A stretch of DNA of 64,000 nucleotides. Origin: Malacoraja senta. Lineage: Eukaryota. The notes beneath the pieces were generated by a model. It saw nothing but the letters and a program-made list of their open reading frames with translations. It made no database searches and was not told the origin of the DNA. Position numbers and translations under genes: made by a program. This document shows, in pieces, positions 1 to 13,131 of this stretch. The stretch spans positions 1-64,000 of the forward strand of contig JAXLNO010000709.1 in NCBI GenBank assembly GCA_038087875.1, in the 5' to 3' direction. Position 1 is the first letter of the stretch. Every line of letters starts with the position of its first letter.

Positions 1-372
1 CAAATCAAAGTCAGCAACAATGATCAAGAAAAGGTGGAGCCCACAATGGTCCATTGTTGGCTGTGGAGAAGGTAATAATGAGTGTAAATAACAAGTGAAA
101 CTAAGCAGGATAACAGTGAAACTAGTAGGACAACCAGGGAGGAGGAGGGACAGAGAGAGAGAGAGAGAGGAAATGGAAAGGTTACTTGCAGTTAGAGAAA
201 TCAATATTCATTCCATACAAGCTGCTCCAGTGAAATATAAGGTGTTCCTCCAATTTGCATTTGGCCTCACTCTGACAGTGTTGAAGGCCCAGGACAGAAA
301 GGTCAGTACGGGAATGGGGAGTTAAAGTGTTTGGCAATCAGGGGATCACATAGGCCAAGGCAGACTGAACTA
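1..372 (-). mobile_element. Penelope-like element 3' fragment (GIY-YIG end and 3' UTR)
   Basis: Similar to the reverse complement of 7560-7900 and to 6590-6780. Confidence 0.7.
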
Positions 373-1130
373 AGATTAGATAGGTTCAGGCAGAACAAGA
401 CTTCCTACACATAGTGTTTAAGAGGCTTTTATTGAGGCAAATGGACATGCAGGGAAAGGAGTAGGAAGGAATTGTAGACACAAAATGCGAGAGTAACTCA
501 ACAGGCCAGGCAGCATCTCTGGAGAGAAGGAATGGGTGACGTTTCAGGTCGAGACCCTTCTTCAATTAAATGTTTCAAACATATGGTGTTTACAATGAAA
601 TAATTATCCTAAGCACGGTCATAATTTTATCTTTATGTTCACTGTTTTGATGGGTTTTTTTACCCATCAACTATTTGAACCCATGTTGTATAACACTTTA
701 TCTCCTGACTTGTCAGAGTCTTCAGTACGTTTATTAAACCTATCCATAGAAACCAGAGAATAAGAACACCTATACTTTAAAAAAAAAGAGTGAACCTGGA
801 ATTGTGGTATTTTTCGCTTTTTTGATGGATTTCGAGAAAATAGTGTTGTTTGGCATCTAACTAAGTTTCCTAATTTGTTGCCACTTCCACGTCTGGCATC
901 TAGCAATGATCATCCCGGAGTTTTATTTACCTGGAGAGAGTAAAGAATGTGCAGGAAGCATCCTTCACCCAACAACCTGCATCCTCAACCAGTGACCATG
1001 TCACCTTCCACCTCCACAGCACTCATTTAAAATAAATACTATGCCAGCGGGCTCGCAGTAGAAACAGCAGAATGCCAGTAGTAAGGACTAACAGGCCTTC
1101 GTCTGAAGCAAATGATAAAACCTCACTCAC

Positions 1131-1133
1131 CAT
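1131..1133 (-). CDS. TMEM167A: First coding exon (ATG only) of a divergent gene, probably TMEM167A (protein kish-A)
   Basis: The minus strand reads GGACG ATG|GTGAGTGAGG, an ATG directly followed by a consensus donor at the island edge. Identity is inferred from the head-to-head TMEM167A-XRCC4 arrangement known in human; no further coding sequence is in the window. Confidence 0.55.
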
Positions 1134-1319
1134 CGTCCAAGCCACATCACATTTCCGCCCAGGCTGGAAGTGACGCTCCCCTGTTCTTGCCAATGACCTC
1201 CTTCTCCTTCTCTTTCTCTCCTCCCCCTCCCCACAGCCGTTACGACGGCACAAAGTGATGACGTTTCACGCACGCCGCTTCCGTCCGCAGAGGGCTGCGC
1301 CGTGCACACGTCATAGCGG

Positions 1320-1428
1320 CGGTGACATTGGCGTGGATGTGAGGAAGGAGATTTGCAGCGGGGTATATTGGCGGTAAATGCGAACGGCGCCGCCGCTGAG
1401 GCTCAGTGCAGTCGGACTGCGGCACCAG
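1320..1428 (+). other. XRCC4: Probable non-coding exon 1 of XRCC4 (start approximate)
   Basis: GC-rich sequence ends at CACCAG|GTGAAA (GT at 1429). XRCC4 coding starts in a downstream exon preceded by an acceptor. An alternative donor GCG|GTAAAT lies at 1374. Confidence 0.5.
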
Positions 1429-3176
1429 GTGAAAAACATCATCTTTGTAGTTTGCCTTTCGAAGTTACAAACAAAAGCTGAAGGGTCCTCATAGAGTGTT
1501 GTTATGGCTGGTTACCCCCCACAGTTTTAGCTTGACCTTATTTTAAAGGCTTGTACCTCTTCACCTGGAAGGTGATGATAGAGTTTGCATTTGCAGAGGG
1601 CTTGCGCTTTTTATACCAGCAATACTCTTTCCAAATAGAGAACGCCAGTAAATCCACAGAGTGAAGAAAAATAGGAAGCCATTTATCCCATCACACCTGC
1701 CTTGACTCTTCCGAAACTTTATTACGATGAAAGCGAGTAATATGGCACAATTGTCCAAATGGTGTATATAACTTTAAAACGCAATGAAACCAATTGTTTG
1801 CCTTAATTTCTCAAATTGTTGCTCTTAGCCAACCTTGCTATACACCTGGAAAGCTTCTGCCCTCATACCTGTTGACTATGCCAGATTTTTTCATGGCGAT
1901 TATCTTTACTAAAAGCATCAATACCTGTTTGCAGCAAAAAAGTTTATGTCCCGTCCCCTCGCCTGACATCAGTCTGAAGAAAGGTCTCGACCCGAAACGT
2001 CACCCATTCCTTCTCTCCAGAGATGCTGCCTGACCCGCTGAGTTATTTCAGCATTTTGCGTCTACCAATATTTACCAAAATCTGTTCATACTCTATATGA
2101 ATTAATCAATTTAACCTGACGATTGTTATACTGGCCAAAATTAATTGTGGCTACAGAGAATAAAATGCAATACAAATCACCAAGTCTTTTTCCAATAGAA
2201 AATTTGAGGCCTATTTCGTACTGAAGTTTTGAAACCATTCTCTTCCCTTTGAGCCACGTAATTGGCATTTCTGGCCAATGAGAAATTTTGATTTCACAGT
2301 TAACTGGGAGCAAAATCTTGGGTAGAATGGTGACCAGACTCTATCTCAGCAAATAACATCTGTAATTAAACCATGATTCTTCTGGACAAAAATATCTCCA
2401 ATCTGTGTTGGCTGGTTAGCTAGTAACAGGCTTACATTCAGATTTTACAATGGTTTGCCCTCCTTATATAATCTAATCAGTAAGTCATTGCAATGTTACT
2501 TTTAATGTATAGTGGATGACAATCACAATGGTTTGAAAATAACTTTACAAACAAACCTTTAAGAGAAGGGATACATTGTAAATATTTATAAATAATTGAA
2601 CAATTGCAGTTAACTACCCTTCCCAGGAACCAAACTTCTAGAATTGAAACTACTAACACTCTCCTCTGCCATGTGGAGCTGGTCCTCATCCTTAACAACT
2701 TCTCCTTCAACTCCTCCCACTTCCTCCAAATCAAAGGTGTAGCTATGGGCACTCGTATGGGCCCCAGCAATGCCTGCTTCTTTGTAGGAGAGAACTGCAG
2801 ATGCTGGCTTAAATTGAAGTTAGACGCAAAATGCTGGAGTACCTCAGCCTGAAATATCACCCATTCCTTCTCTCCAGAGATGCTGCCTGTCCCGCTGAGT
2901 TACTCCAGCATTTTGTGTCTATCTTTGTAGGGTACGTTGAACAATCCCTGTTCTAGGCATACATTGGCCCTATCCCCGAACTTTATCTCCATTACATTGA
3001 CAACTGCATCGGTGCTACCTCCTGCACCCATGCAGAACTCATGGACTTCATTAACTTCACCAATTTCCATCCTGCACTCAAATTCACTTGGACCATCTCT
3101 GACAACTCCCTCCCCTTTCTTGATCTCACAGTCTCCCGCACAGGAGATAGACTAATGACTGACGTCTATTACAAAC

Positions 3177-3907
3177 TGTGTAGGAAAGAACTGCAGATGC
3201 TGGTTTAAATCGAAGGTAGACTATTGTCTATTGACACAAACTGCTGGAGTAAAGGGCCTGTCCCACGAGCATGCGACTGCATGCGGCAAGCGCGACCAAA
3301 CCGGAAGCGGGGGCCGCGCGGAGGTCGAGTGATCCCCGTACAGGGCCGGTCCCACTAGCATGCGACTGCATGCGGCAAGCGCGACCAAACCGGAAGCGGG
3401 GGCCGCGCGGAGGTCGAGTGAGTGACATGAGGTGCGAGCGAAGTCCGCGGGAAGTTTGCGCGTGACGTACGGCATCAAGACGCTGCGTACGGTGTCAAGA
3501 CGCTGCGCACCGCCCGTCGAGGCGGTGTGTACGGCGTCGAGGCGGAATTTTTGAACAGTGTCAGTTTTTCGGAGACCCGCGTGATGTCGGAACCAGCTCC
3601 GCACAACTCCATACGGCTCCGGCGATCGAAGTGGGACCGGCCCCGCGTGGCCGTACGGCTCAAGCGACCACGTTAGATCGCGCTCGCCGCATGCAGTCGC
3701 AGGCTCGTGGGACAGGCCCTTAACTCAGCAGAACAGGCAGCATCTCTGGAGAGAAGGAGTGGGTGACATTTTGGGTCGAGACCCTTCTTCAGATTGATGT
3801 CAGGGGAGTGGGCGGGACAGATAGAATGTAGTCATAGACAGTAAGACTGGGAGAACTGGGAAGGGGGAGGGCATGGAGAGAGGGAAAGCAAGGGCTATTT
3901 GAAGTTA
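3177..3907 (-). mobile_element. PLE terminal-repeat insertion with 13-bp TSD, itself interrupted by a MITE
   Basis: GTCTATTACAAAC at 3164-3176 and 3908-3920 flanks a reverse-oriented terminal-repeat copy. Confidence 0.8.
3253..3720. mobile_element. PIF/Harbinger-type MITE
   Basis: Long TIRs AGGGCCTGTCCCACGAGCATGCGACTGCATGCGGC / GCCGCATGCAGTCGCAGGCTCGTGGGACAGGCCCT. TAA TSD at 3250-3252 and 3721-3723; removing the element restores the host GGAGTAACTCAGC. Internal ~89 bp duplication. Confidence 0.85.
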
Positions 3908-5439
3908 GTCTATTACAAACCCACTGACCTACCACTATCTCGATTACACTTCTTCCCACCTGTCTTCCTGCAAAGACACTATCCCTTACTCCCAATTCCT
4001 CCATGTACGTTGCATCTGTGCCCAAGATGAGGTGTTCCATACCAGGACATACATCTGAGATATCATTCTTTAGGGAACGGTAATCCCCCTCTCCATCATA
4101 GATGAGGTCTCCTCTTTACCCCACAGCTCTGCCCTTGCTCCCCCTACCCTTGTTGCAACAGGGACAGATTCCCCCTAATGCTTTCCTTTCACCCCATCAG
4201 CCATCGCATACAACCAGGGCTCGAAATTAACGGTTGCCCGGGTGCCAATGGCGACCTAAAGTCCCGCCGGGCAATCTAAAAGCCGTGCCATTTTGCCCGG
4301 CTTGGCAAGCACCCGAGACACCTGTCGTTCAACTCTGAGTGGGCCCCCCTCTCTATCTCTCTCTGTCTCCGCCCGCCATCCGTGTCCGGGCTGCCGGGTC
4401 TCCGTTCTCCGGCCGCTCCTCATCTGCCGGCATGGCCGGCCGCCGTGCACAGCCGGCTGCCATACACAGCCGGCCGCCTTGCACATGCGCACTGCCACGG
4501 CCTGCACATCCTCCCGTTGCACATGCGCACAACCACCACATCATCAGCCGCCCTGCACATGCGCAATGCCACGGCAACTGGTCGGCGCCGGGTACTTTCT
4601 CCCTCCCTTTGCATTGTGGGTGATCTGGCCGCCATTGCTGTCCGGTTGCCGCCTTGCCGTGACCGCTGAAAACCAACGCAGAATTACTCCCTGGAGCTGG
4701 AGTAACTCCCTCGAGTAACTCTTGCTTCAGGGAGCAAGAGTTACTCCAAAAATATTCCATATGGAATTAAAACTGGAGGTGGTGAAGGGTCCACCACCAA
4801 ACACCAAACTCTGAAAAATAACAGCCTATAGCACTTTATCTGTTTATTTATTATGTATATATATGGTCTATGGTATATAGACACACTGAACTTTTATCTC
4901 CTGTTCTGTATTATGTTTACATATTCTGTTGTACTGCAGCAAGCAAGAATTGCATTGTCCTTTCTGGGACACATGACAATAAAATTCTCTTGACTCTTGA
5001 CTTGGACTTAAGCAAAAAAGGGTTCTTGGGGAAAAAAGAGCTACCTTAAATTTAGTTGCACCTGGTTGGGTAACTATGGTAGCGTGAAGACTATTCCATG
5101 CTTTAATTGTGCAGGAGAGCTCCATGGAGCAGCCAGCATCTCTGCATAGAAGAAATTGGGTGACGTTTTGGGTAGAGGCCCTTATTTAGACTCCCTCTGG
5201 TTTTAGTGTTTTTAGTTTAATTTAAAGATACAACGCAGAAACTGGCTCTTCGGCCCACCGAGTCCACACCGACCATCGATCACCCGTACACTAATTCTAT
5301 CCCACACAGCGACGTAAGTCAAGAGTGTTTTATTCTCTCACGTCCCAGTTAGAACAATGAAATCCTTACTTGCAGCAGCACAACAGAATATGTAAACATA
5401 GTACTCTGTAAACAATGTTATAAACGAGAAAACAAAACA

Positions 5440-5606
<167 letters not shown>

Positions 5607-6161
5607 AATTTCCCTCCTGGGATTAATAACGTTCTATCATATAGTATCGTGTGTGTAGGAAAGAACTGCAGATGCTGGTTTAAACTGAAGATAGACACAA
5701 AAGCTGGAGTAACTTCAGACAGAATCTCTGGACAAAAGGAAAATATTACGTTTTGGGTTGGGTCTGAAAAAGGTTCCTGCACACCTTTGGAATGTGGAAG
5801 GAAACAAGCACTTGGAGAAAACCCATGCGATCAAAGGGAAAAGGAGCAAACACCATACAGTTGTAGGACCCCCTCGGTGATGCATTCTAGTTTGTCGGAT
5901 GCAAGCATGGGCGAAAATACATTCTGCACCCATACAGACAGCACCCATATTCAGGATCAATTCCTGGTCTCTGGTACCTTTAGGCAGCAACTTTATGGCC
6001 AATGTACTGCCCCATAGTCTTGAACTGAATTAAAACATACAATAGCTGTAAAGGGGGGACATAGCGTCACTTAGAGATTTAAGACTGTAAATTAATAGTT
6101 TCTTATTTTTAGAAACCAAAGTTATCAACGTATAATTTTTTGTGTGTTGGTAAACAAAATA

Positions 6162-6390
6162 TAGTGGCACAGCTGGTAGACTTGCTGCCTCACACGCCAG
6201 AGATCTGTGTTCGATCCTGTCCTCGGGCACAGTCTGTGTTGAATTTGTACATGCTCCCTGCAAGCGTGTGGGTTTCCTCCCATATCCCAAAGATGCATTG
6301 GCTTTGTAGGTTAACTTGTATCTGTAAAATTGCCCCTAATATGTAGGGAGTGGGTGAGGAAAGTGGGATAACAGAACTTGTGTGAATGGG
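6162..6390 (+). mobile_element. tRNA-derived V-SINE (HE1-like)
   Basis: A-box-like TGGCACAGCTGG, B-box-like GTTCGATCC and V-domain-like GTGGGTTTCCTCC...CCCAAAGA. Confidence 0.75.
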
Positions 6391-6826
6391 TAGACAAAAA
6401 TGCTGGAGAAACTCAGCGGGTGAGGCAGCATCTATGCAGCGAAGGAAATAGGCGACGTTTCGGGTCGAGACCCTTCTTCAGACTGATGTGAGGGTGGGGG
6501 GTGCGGGAAGAAGAAAGGAAGAGGCAGAAACAGTGGCTGAGGGAGAGCTGGAAAGGGGAGGAGAAAGCAGGGATAACCTGAAATTGGAGGTGGTCAATGT
6601 TCATACCGCTGGGGTGTAAACTGCCCAAGAGAAATATGAGGTGCTGCTCCTCCAATTTACAGTGGGCCTCACTCTGGCCATTGAGGAGGCCCAGGACAGA
6701 AAGGTCGGATTCGGAATGGGAGGGGGAGTTGAAGTGCTGAGCCACTGGGAGATCAGGTTGGTTATTACGAACTGAGTGGAGGTGTTTTGCGAAGCGATCA
6801 CCAAGCCTGTGGTTGGTCTCACCGAG
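6391..6826 (-). mobile_element. PLE 3' fragment (GIY-YIG C-terminus plus terminal repeat with intact hammerhead core)
   Basis: ORF GETNHRLGDRFAKHLHSV...VAQHFNSPSH...EEQHLIFLLGSLHPSGMN, followed on the - strand by CTGAAGAAGGGTCTCGACCCGAAACGTC. Confidence 0.85.
6454..6481 (-). ncRNA. Minimal hammerhead ribozyme core (putative)
   Basis: CUGAAGA-A-GGGU(CUCG)ACCC-GAAAC-GUC on the - strand. Confidence 0.65.
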
Positions 6827-8446
6827 GTTGATCATACGCTGAATAATCCAACCACATTTTTGTTTGGAAGTGGAAAGAAATAATAGAAATTGCATTCATT
6901 GCAACGTGTAAAAAGAGTTGAGATACTGTATTATAATTTTGCTGCATGTCATTGTGGTATATGTGAATATGTTTGATTGGTGAATATGTTTAGTTTGTGA
7001 CTTTATTTGAAGCAGAAATAACATGTGAATGCTTCATTGAGCATAATTCCGACTGGTAACTACGCACTTCGTCCGAGCACATTATCACACACGTCTTGCA
7101 ATCTGTCTTATATGACCACCTAAACTGCCATTTGGCAACCTAAAAAGCTGCCTAGGTTGCCCAGCCAGCAACAGAGAAAAAAAGTTAAGTGAGAGCCCAG
7201 ACAACACATAACCCTCTGACATTTTCGCCACCTTCAATGGGATCCCACCACTCGTCACATCTTTCCATCTCCACCCCTTTCTGCAGAGACTGTTCCCTCC
7301 GCAACTCCCGGTTAACTCATCCCTTCCCACCCAAACAAACACCTCCGCAGGTACCTTCCCCTGCAACCACAGAAGATGCAATACCTGTCCCTGTACCTCG
7401 CCCCTCGACTCTGTCCAGGAACCACGACAGTCCTTTCAGGTTAGGCAGAGGTTCACTTGCACCTCCTCCAACCTCATCTACTGAATCCATTGCTCAAGAT
7501 ATGGACTCTTATATATGGGCGAGACCAAACGTAGACTAGGCGATCGTTGCGCTGAACACCTTCGCTCAGTCCTCCTGGACCTATCTGATCTCCCGGTTGC
7601 CAAATACTTTATTTCCCCTTCCCATTCCCACATTGACCTTTCTGTCCTAGGCGTTCTCCATTGTTGGAGTGAGGCTAAATGCAAATTGGAAGAACAGCAT
7701 CTCATATTTTGCTTGGGCAGTTTGCAACCGAATGGCATGAATCTTGATTTCTCTAAATTCAAGTAACCCCTGCATTCTCCTTCTCTCCATCCCTCCCCCA
7801 CCCAAGTCACACCTACTTCTCATTCTCACCTAGCAAACAGCTAACAATGGCCTGTTTCCTTTATCATTGTTACTTTTGTGCATATCCTTCATTCATTTGT
7901 TCTATATCTCTCCACATCTTCGTCTATATCTCTTGTTCCCCTTTCCACTGACTCCAGTCTGAAGAAGGGTCTCAACCCGAAACGCCACCCATTCCTTCTC
8001 TTCATAGATGCTGCCTGTCCTGCTCAGTTACTCCAGCATTTTGTGTCTACTAAAATAAGACAGTTCTTACCTCATCAACCTGTAATCTTAACTCTTTTTT
8101 TGCCCTCTGCAATACCTGCTTTACTGGGTATTTACTGTATTTTCTCTTTGTATGTCAGACTTGCAGCAACTGTATCCCATAATTTGAGTATTATCTTTCT
8201 CTTTTCTGTGATCTCAATTATTACATTCCTTTTACATTCCTTGAGACAGCTCAGTTGTGGTTAACAAATCTTGTGGTTAACAAATCTTCACCTCAGACTT
8301 AGTTGGTACCGCCACCTTTTGTATCACTCATGTTTTTGTTTGTTTACTAAATATTTGAAAATATGACTCAGTGGTATGTTTTCCACCATATTGAATGACA
8401 AAATGTTGCATTACTATTTTTAATATGAGTGTTATTAATCATTTCA

Positions 8447-9085
8447 TAGGAGCAAAGAGGTCCTTCTGCAGTTGTACAGGGCCCTAGTGAGACCACACCT
8501 GGAGTATTGTGTGCAGTTTTGGTCTCCAAATTTGAGGAAGGACATTCTTGAGGGAGTGGAGCGTAGGTTCACGAGGTTAATTCCCGGGATGGCGCGACTG
8601 TCATGCTGAGAGAATGGAGCGGCTGGGCTTGTATACTCTTGAATTTAGAAGGATGAGAGGGAATCTTATTGAAACATAAGTTTATTAAGAGTTTGGACAT
8701 GCTAGAGGCAGGAAACATGTTCCCGATGTTGGGAGAGACAGGAAACATGTTCCCGATGTTGGGGGAGGCCAGAACCAGGGGCCACAGTTTAAGAATACGG
8801 GGTAAGCCATTTAAAACGGAGATGAGGAAACAATTTTTCACACAGAGGGTCGCTATATTTAAGAGGGAGTTAGATGTGGCCCTTGTGGCTAAGGGGATCA
8901 GGGGGTATGGAGAGAAGGCAGGTACGGGATACTGAGTTGGATGATCAGCCATGATCATATTGAATGGCGGTGCAGGCTCGAAGGGCCGAATGGCCTACTC
9001 CTGCACCTATTTTCTATGTATCTATGTATCTGTGGAATTCTCTGCCTCAGAAGGCAGTGGAGGCCAATTCTCTGTATGCTTTCAA
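8447..9085 (+). mobile_element. CR1/HER1-like LINE 3' fragments
   Basis: Encodes [15 protein letters not shown] and RTRGHSLRIRG motifs, with a (TATCTATG)-type tail. Confidence 0.85.
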
Positions 9086-10480
9086 TAAAAAATGACAGGC
9101 AAAAAATGAGACATTTTAAATGTTTATCAATTGCACATGAAAGCTACTTTTATTTAGTTAAAAGACCATTTAAATGTGTAGATATTATTTAATTTTGAAA
9201 TCTTTTCACAATTAGGATTTTTGCAAAACACTGTGATCTCTCCTGAAAATGTAGTGTAGAGCTGTCCAATATCCCACTGCACAAAAAAAATATCAGTTTA
9301 AGGCGATTTTGTTGATAAATTGGCAATAAGGTTGCAAACATCAAGCATTAATTCTTTAGTGTTCTTACCAATGACCTGGAGAACACTAACTGTCTTCACG
9401 AGAGACCAGCTGCTGTTGGCAGCGAAGTGGCCTCGACTGAGAAGCAGGCAAGTAACATTATATAGTTACTGCACAGGAAGGAAATAAAGTGCAGTGATTT
9501 CAAAAGAGCAATCAGATCTTGGCAATTAAGGATTTGGGTGCAGAGCAGTTTAACCTTTCATAGTTAATGATATCATTTGACTCTCTCTTGACTTATTGTG
9601 CTGTAACCTCTTGTGAATATTGATTAATTTCAGTTTCCTTTCAAATTTCCATCTCTTCTTCTCGGACAGTCCTTTGGCATTGTTTCCACTGCAGTTCTCT
9701 TCCCAGCTGTATCAGGCAACTGAACAAACCTCTCATCAGCTGCTAGAGTGTGGTCCTGACCTCCCATCTACCCCATTGAACTAACTTTAATCAGACTTTC
9801 AGACTTCAATGTTATACCTTTGCACTAAATGTTGTACCTTTTATCTGTGCACTGTGAAAGCTTTACACTCAGGCACGTGCCATCAGGGTAGGCAAGGAAG
9901 GCAGTACCTACCCTGAATAATATTATTAAATGGTAATTATTAAATATAAATAGTAAAGGCACAGGAGAATTATGCTTACCTAAGAGATCGATCTCTTAGT
10001 TAGGCAGAATTCTCCCGTGCCTTTCATCCGCAGTATATTTAACACACGGAAGTATGTGCTACTCACGTGCTGTCAACGCTGCTTCAAGCCATCAGTGGCA
10101 ACGGTCTATAAAGGCAGCTGAAATTCTGCCTTTACACCGTGGACTGCATGCATGTGCTACGCAGCGCACTGCGCATGTGCAGCAGCCTACTGCGCATGCG
10201 TAGCGCAAGTTACTTGGCGGGTTTTTCAAAGATGGATAGTGAGTTTCTCTAAGCAATCTTATGAGGAAAAGACCAAAATAATTAAAAATGGCAGACCAAT
10301 GCCAGAACATAAAGAACTTCAACAGTGCAAAGGAACAAAAATAATTAGAACATTTAAAGCAGCTTGTTACAACAGAAAAGAGTGGCTATGCGGTTGTATT
10401 TCAACAAATAGAATGTGGTAAGTAAATTTCTTTGAGCTATATGTTTTTAAATACTTTACAAGACAAATTCGACTGACAAA

Positions 10481-12029
10481 TCTATATTACTAAAAGTCTG
10501 ATCTTGACCGCTTTTCGCTCGCTGTGCTGTGATTTCCGAGAGAACGACGCCACCTACGGCCGTCATTTTTGGCCACCTCGCTCAGAGCCCCCCTCCGCCT
10601 GCCTGGACTGGAGGATTTTTCCCATCGATGAAAAATCAGAGATATATTAATGTTTTAAAAAATGTTGCCATTCTCTCTGCTGCCCCTGCTGGTGGGAGGG
10701 GGAGGGGCTATAAAACCCAGAAGTGGTGTGCCTCATTCAGTCTCTGCAAGATGGAGGAAGTGAGAGGTTCACGTCTCTCTGAGCTCTGAATAACACTGAA
10801 CACATGTCTACTCAACTGTGAGTGCCCTTAATGTGGTTTGAAAATGAAAATATGGTTGGTTTGAAGTAAAAAGGCACTGCAAATGGTTGTTTGGGGGGGT
10901 TTTGGGTTGAACTAAAAAGGCAGTACAAATGGTTGTTGGGTGGGGGGGGTTGGGTTGAAGTAAAAAGGTAGTACAATTGGTTGTTTGGGGGGTTTGGGTT
11001 GAAGTAAAAAGGCAGTGGAAATGGTTGTTTTGGTTTTTTTTTGGGTTGAAGTAAAAAGGCAGTGCAAATGGTTGTTTGGGTTTTTTTTTGGGTTGAAGTA
11101 AAAAAGGCAGTGCAAATGGTTGTTTGGGGGGTTTTGGGGTTGAAGTAAAAAGGCAGTGCAAATGTTTTTGTTTTGTTTTTTTGGGTTGAAGTAAAAAGGC
11201 AGTGCAAATGGTTGTTTGGTTTTTTTTTGGGTTGAAGTAAAAAGACAGTGCAAATGATTGTTGGCGGGGGGGGGGGGGTTGGGTTGAAGTAAAAAGGCAG
11301 TGCAAATGGTTGTTGGGGGGGGAGGTTGGGTTGAAGTAAAAAGGCAGTGCAAATGGTTGTTTGGGGGGTTTTGGATTGAAGTAAAAAGGCAGTGCAAATG
11401 GTTGTTTGGGGGGGGGGGTTGGGTTGAAGTAAAAAGGCAGTGCAAATGGTTGGGTGACATTTTTACTTCAACCCAAACCCCCCCCCCCCAAAACAACCAT
11501 TTGCATTGCCTTTTTACTTCAACCCCAAAACCCCCCAAATAACCATTTGCACTGCCTTTTTACTTCAACCCAAAACCCCCCCAAACAACCATTTGCACTG
11601 CCTTTTTACTTCAACCCAAATCCCCCCCAAACAACCATTTGCACTGCCTTTTTACTTCAACCCAAACCCCCCCCAAACAACCATTTGCACAAATGGATTT
11701 GAATTTGGTGGCCTTGCACTCTGCTTGAAATGGAATTTCAAGGAATAGCCGTGAGTCAACTGCCAGCCTACCAGCCGTGAGTGAGCTGCCAGCACATCAG
11801 GCTTGAGGGACTGAGCTGCCACCCCAAGAATCCATTTGGCCCACAATGTCCATACTAGCCCTCTGGAGACCAGTAGTCCCTGCTGCCAACAACACCCATA
11901 CCAGCGCTCCAGAAAGCCCCCCCCCCCCACTGGCCACCAATATTGGAATTGGTGGAGAGGTGGAATATTATGTTGGGGGACCAGCCCTCCCGTGTGAACA
12001 TGGGACCCAACGGGTCCCACTTAGTCTAG
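10481..12029 (+). mobile_element. Non-autonomous Helitron
   Basis: Inserted between A and T with no TSD. 5' end TCTATATTACT, 3' hairpin GGGACCC-AAC-GGGTCCC followed by CTAG. Confidence 0.85.
10851..11695. repeat. ~46-bp minisatellite, about 13 forward and 5 inverted units
   Basis: Unit GGTTGAAGTAAAAAGGCAGTGCAAATGGTTGTTT plus a variable G/T run. Orientation flips at ~11455. Confidence 0.95.
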
Positions 12030-13131
12030 TTACTTTAGTCGAGAGAACAATCTGCGCATGCACGGTTTTCAAGTTTTTTTTTTAAAAGCCGACTGACCAA
12101 AGATACTGACTGCCTACCCTGACTAATTACTCACGGCACGTCCCTTTTTACACTGTACCTCAGTACCCATGACAATAATAAACTAAACTAGGTGGCTGAT
12201 GCTGTCAGGGGGCTCAAAGTAAAGTACTTGTTTGGAAAGTTTTTCACAGAGGGTTGCGGATGCCTGAAACCCGCTGCCAGAGAGGGTGGTGGAGGCAGAT
12301 AGGATAGTGGCATTTAAGAAGCTATAACATAAGGATATGGAGGGATATGCAGGGAGAGGAGATTTGGTCACTGTGACATGTTTAGAAATAACATTGAGTT
12401 GGAGTACAGGAAGGAGATCGATACATAGATACATAGAAATTAGGTGCAGGAGTAGGCCATTCGGCCCTTCGAGCCTGCACCACCATTCAATACGATCATG
12501 GCTGATCATCCAACTCAGTATCCCGTACCTGCCTTCTCTCCATACCCCCTGATCCCTTTAGCCACAAGGGCCACATCTAATTCCCTCTTAAATATAGCTT
12601 GTGTCCTGGTGTAACCTTGTGTCCTAGCTTGCACTAAACGTTATTCCCTTATCATGTATCTATACACTGTAAACTGGCTCGATTGTAATCATGTTTTGTC
12701 TATCTGCTGACTGGTTAGCACGCAACAAAAGTTTTCACTGTACCTCGGTACACGTGACAATAATCTAAACTGAGCCTGAAGGACCTGTTCCTGTGCTATA
12801 CTGTTCCATGTTCTCTGTTCAACTCATTGAGTTCCATACATGCTGTACTATTCAATGAAATCATGGATTATCTTTAAGTGCCATTTTCCTGCATTGGATC
12901 CAAATCTCTTGACTCCATTAATATCCATAAATCGGTGGAAGTCTAATTTAAATATACTCAAGCTTTTGCCTGAGTCTTCACTGCCATCTTGGGTGGGGTG
13001 AATTCCAAAGATACATTATCCTCTGGATGAAAAATAACTTTCTACCTGAATCCTGAAAGACAAACGACTTTCTTGTTGTGAAAGTGATTCCAGTTCTGGA
13101 TGCAAGTGGAGCAGACACTAATGTTCCCTAA

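Larger units (their letters stand above)
1130..1430. promoter_or_regulatory. CpG-island bidirectional promoter (XRCC4 on +, probable TMEM167A on -)
   Basis: CpG-rich non-repeat segment between a - strand ATG|GTGAGT donor (1133-1125) and a + strand CAG|GTGAAA donor (1428/1429). Contains ETS-like GGAAGTG/CTTCCG, CRE-like TGATGACGT (~1256) and E2F-like TTGGCGGTAAA (~1368). Confidence 0.7.
9870..12146 (+). mobile_element. hAT element (deleted transposase) hosting a Helitron
   Basis: Termini CAGGCACGTGCC / GGCACGTCCCTT with 8-bp TSD TTTACACT (9862-9869, 12147-12154). A remnant resembling a hAT transposase N-terminus (FSKQSYEEKTKIIKNGRP...RTFKAACYNRKEWLCGC) ends at a GTAAGT donor (~10418). Confidence 0.75.

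Noticed and set aside
1..1120. Possible intronic scaRNA/snoRNA of the TMEM167A locus
   Set aside because: No convincing H/ACA or C/D structure was seen, and much of the segment is PLE-derived.
1023..1253. 76-aa hydrophobic ORF on the - strand at the promoter
   Set aside because: It reads through the ATG|GTGAGT donor into intron sequence and does not resemble kish-A or another protein I recognise.
4256..4760. Overlapping GC-rich ORFs suggesting a gene or CpG island
   Set aside because: They lie inside a hAT-like element and show no recognisable protein motif.
10851..11695. CRISPR-like array (constant repeat with variable spacers)
   Set aside because: The spacers are only low-complexity G/T runs, there are no cas genes, and the array lies in a eukaryotic Helitron. 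It is a minisatellite, and the ORFs over it are artefacts.
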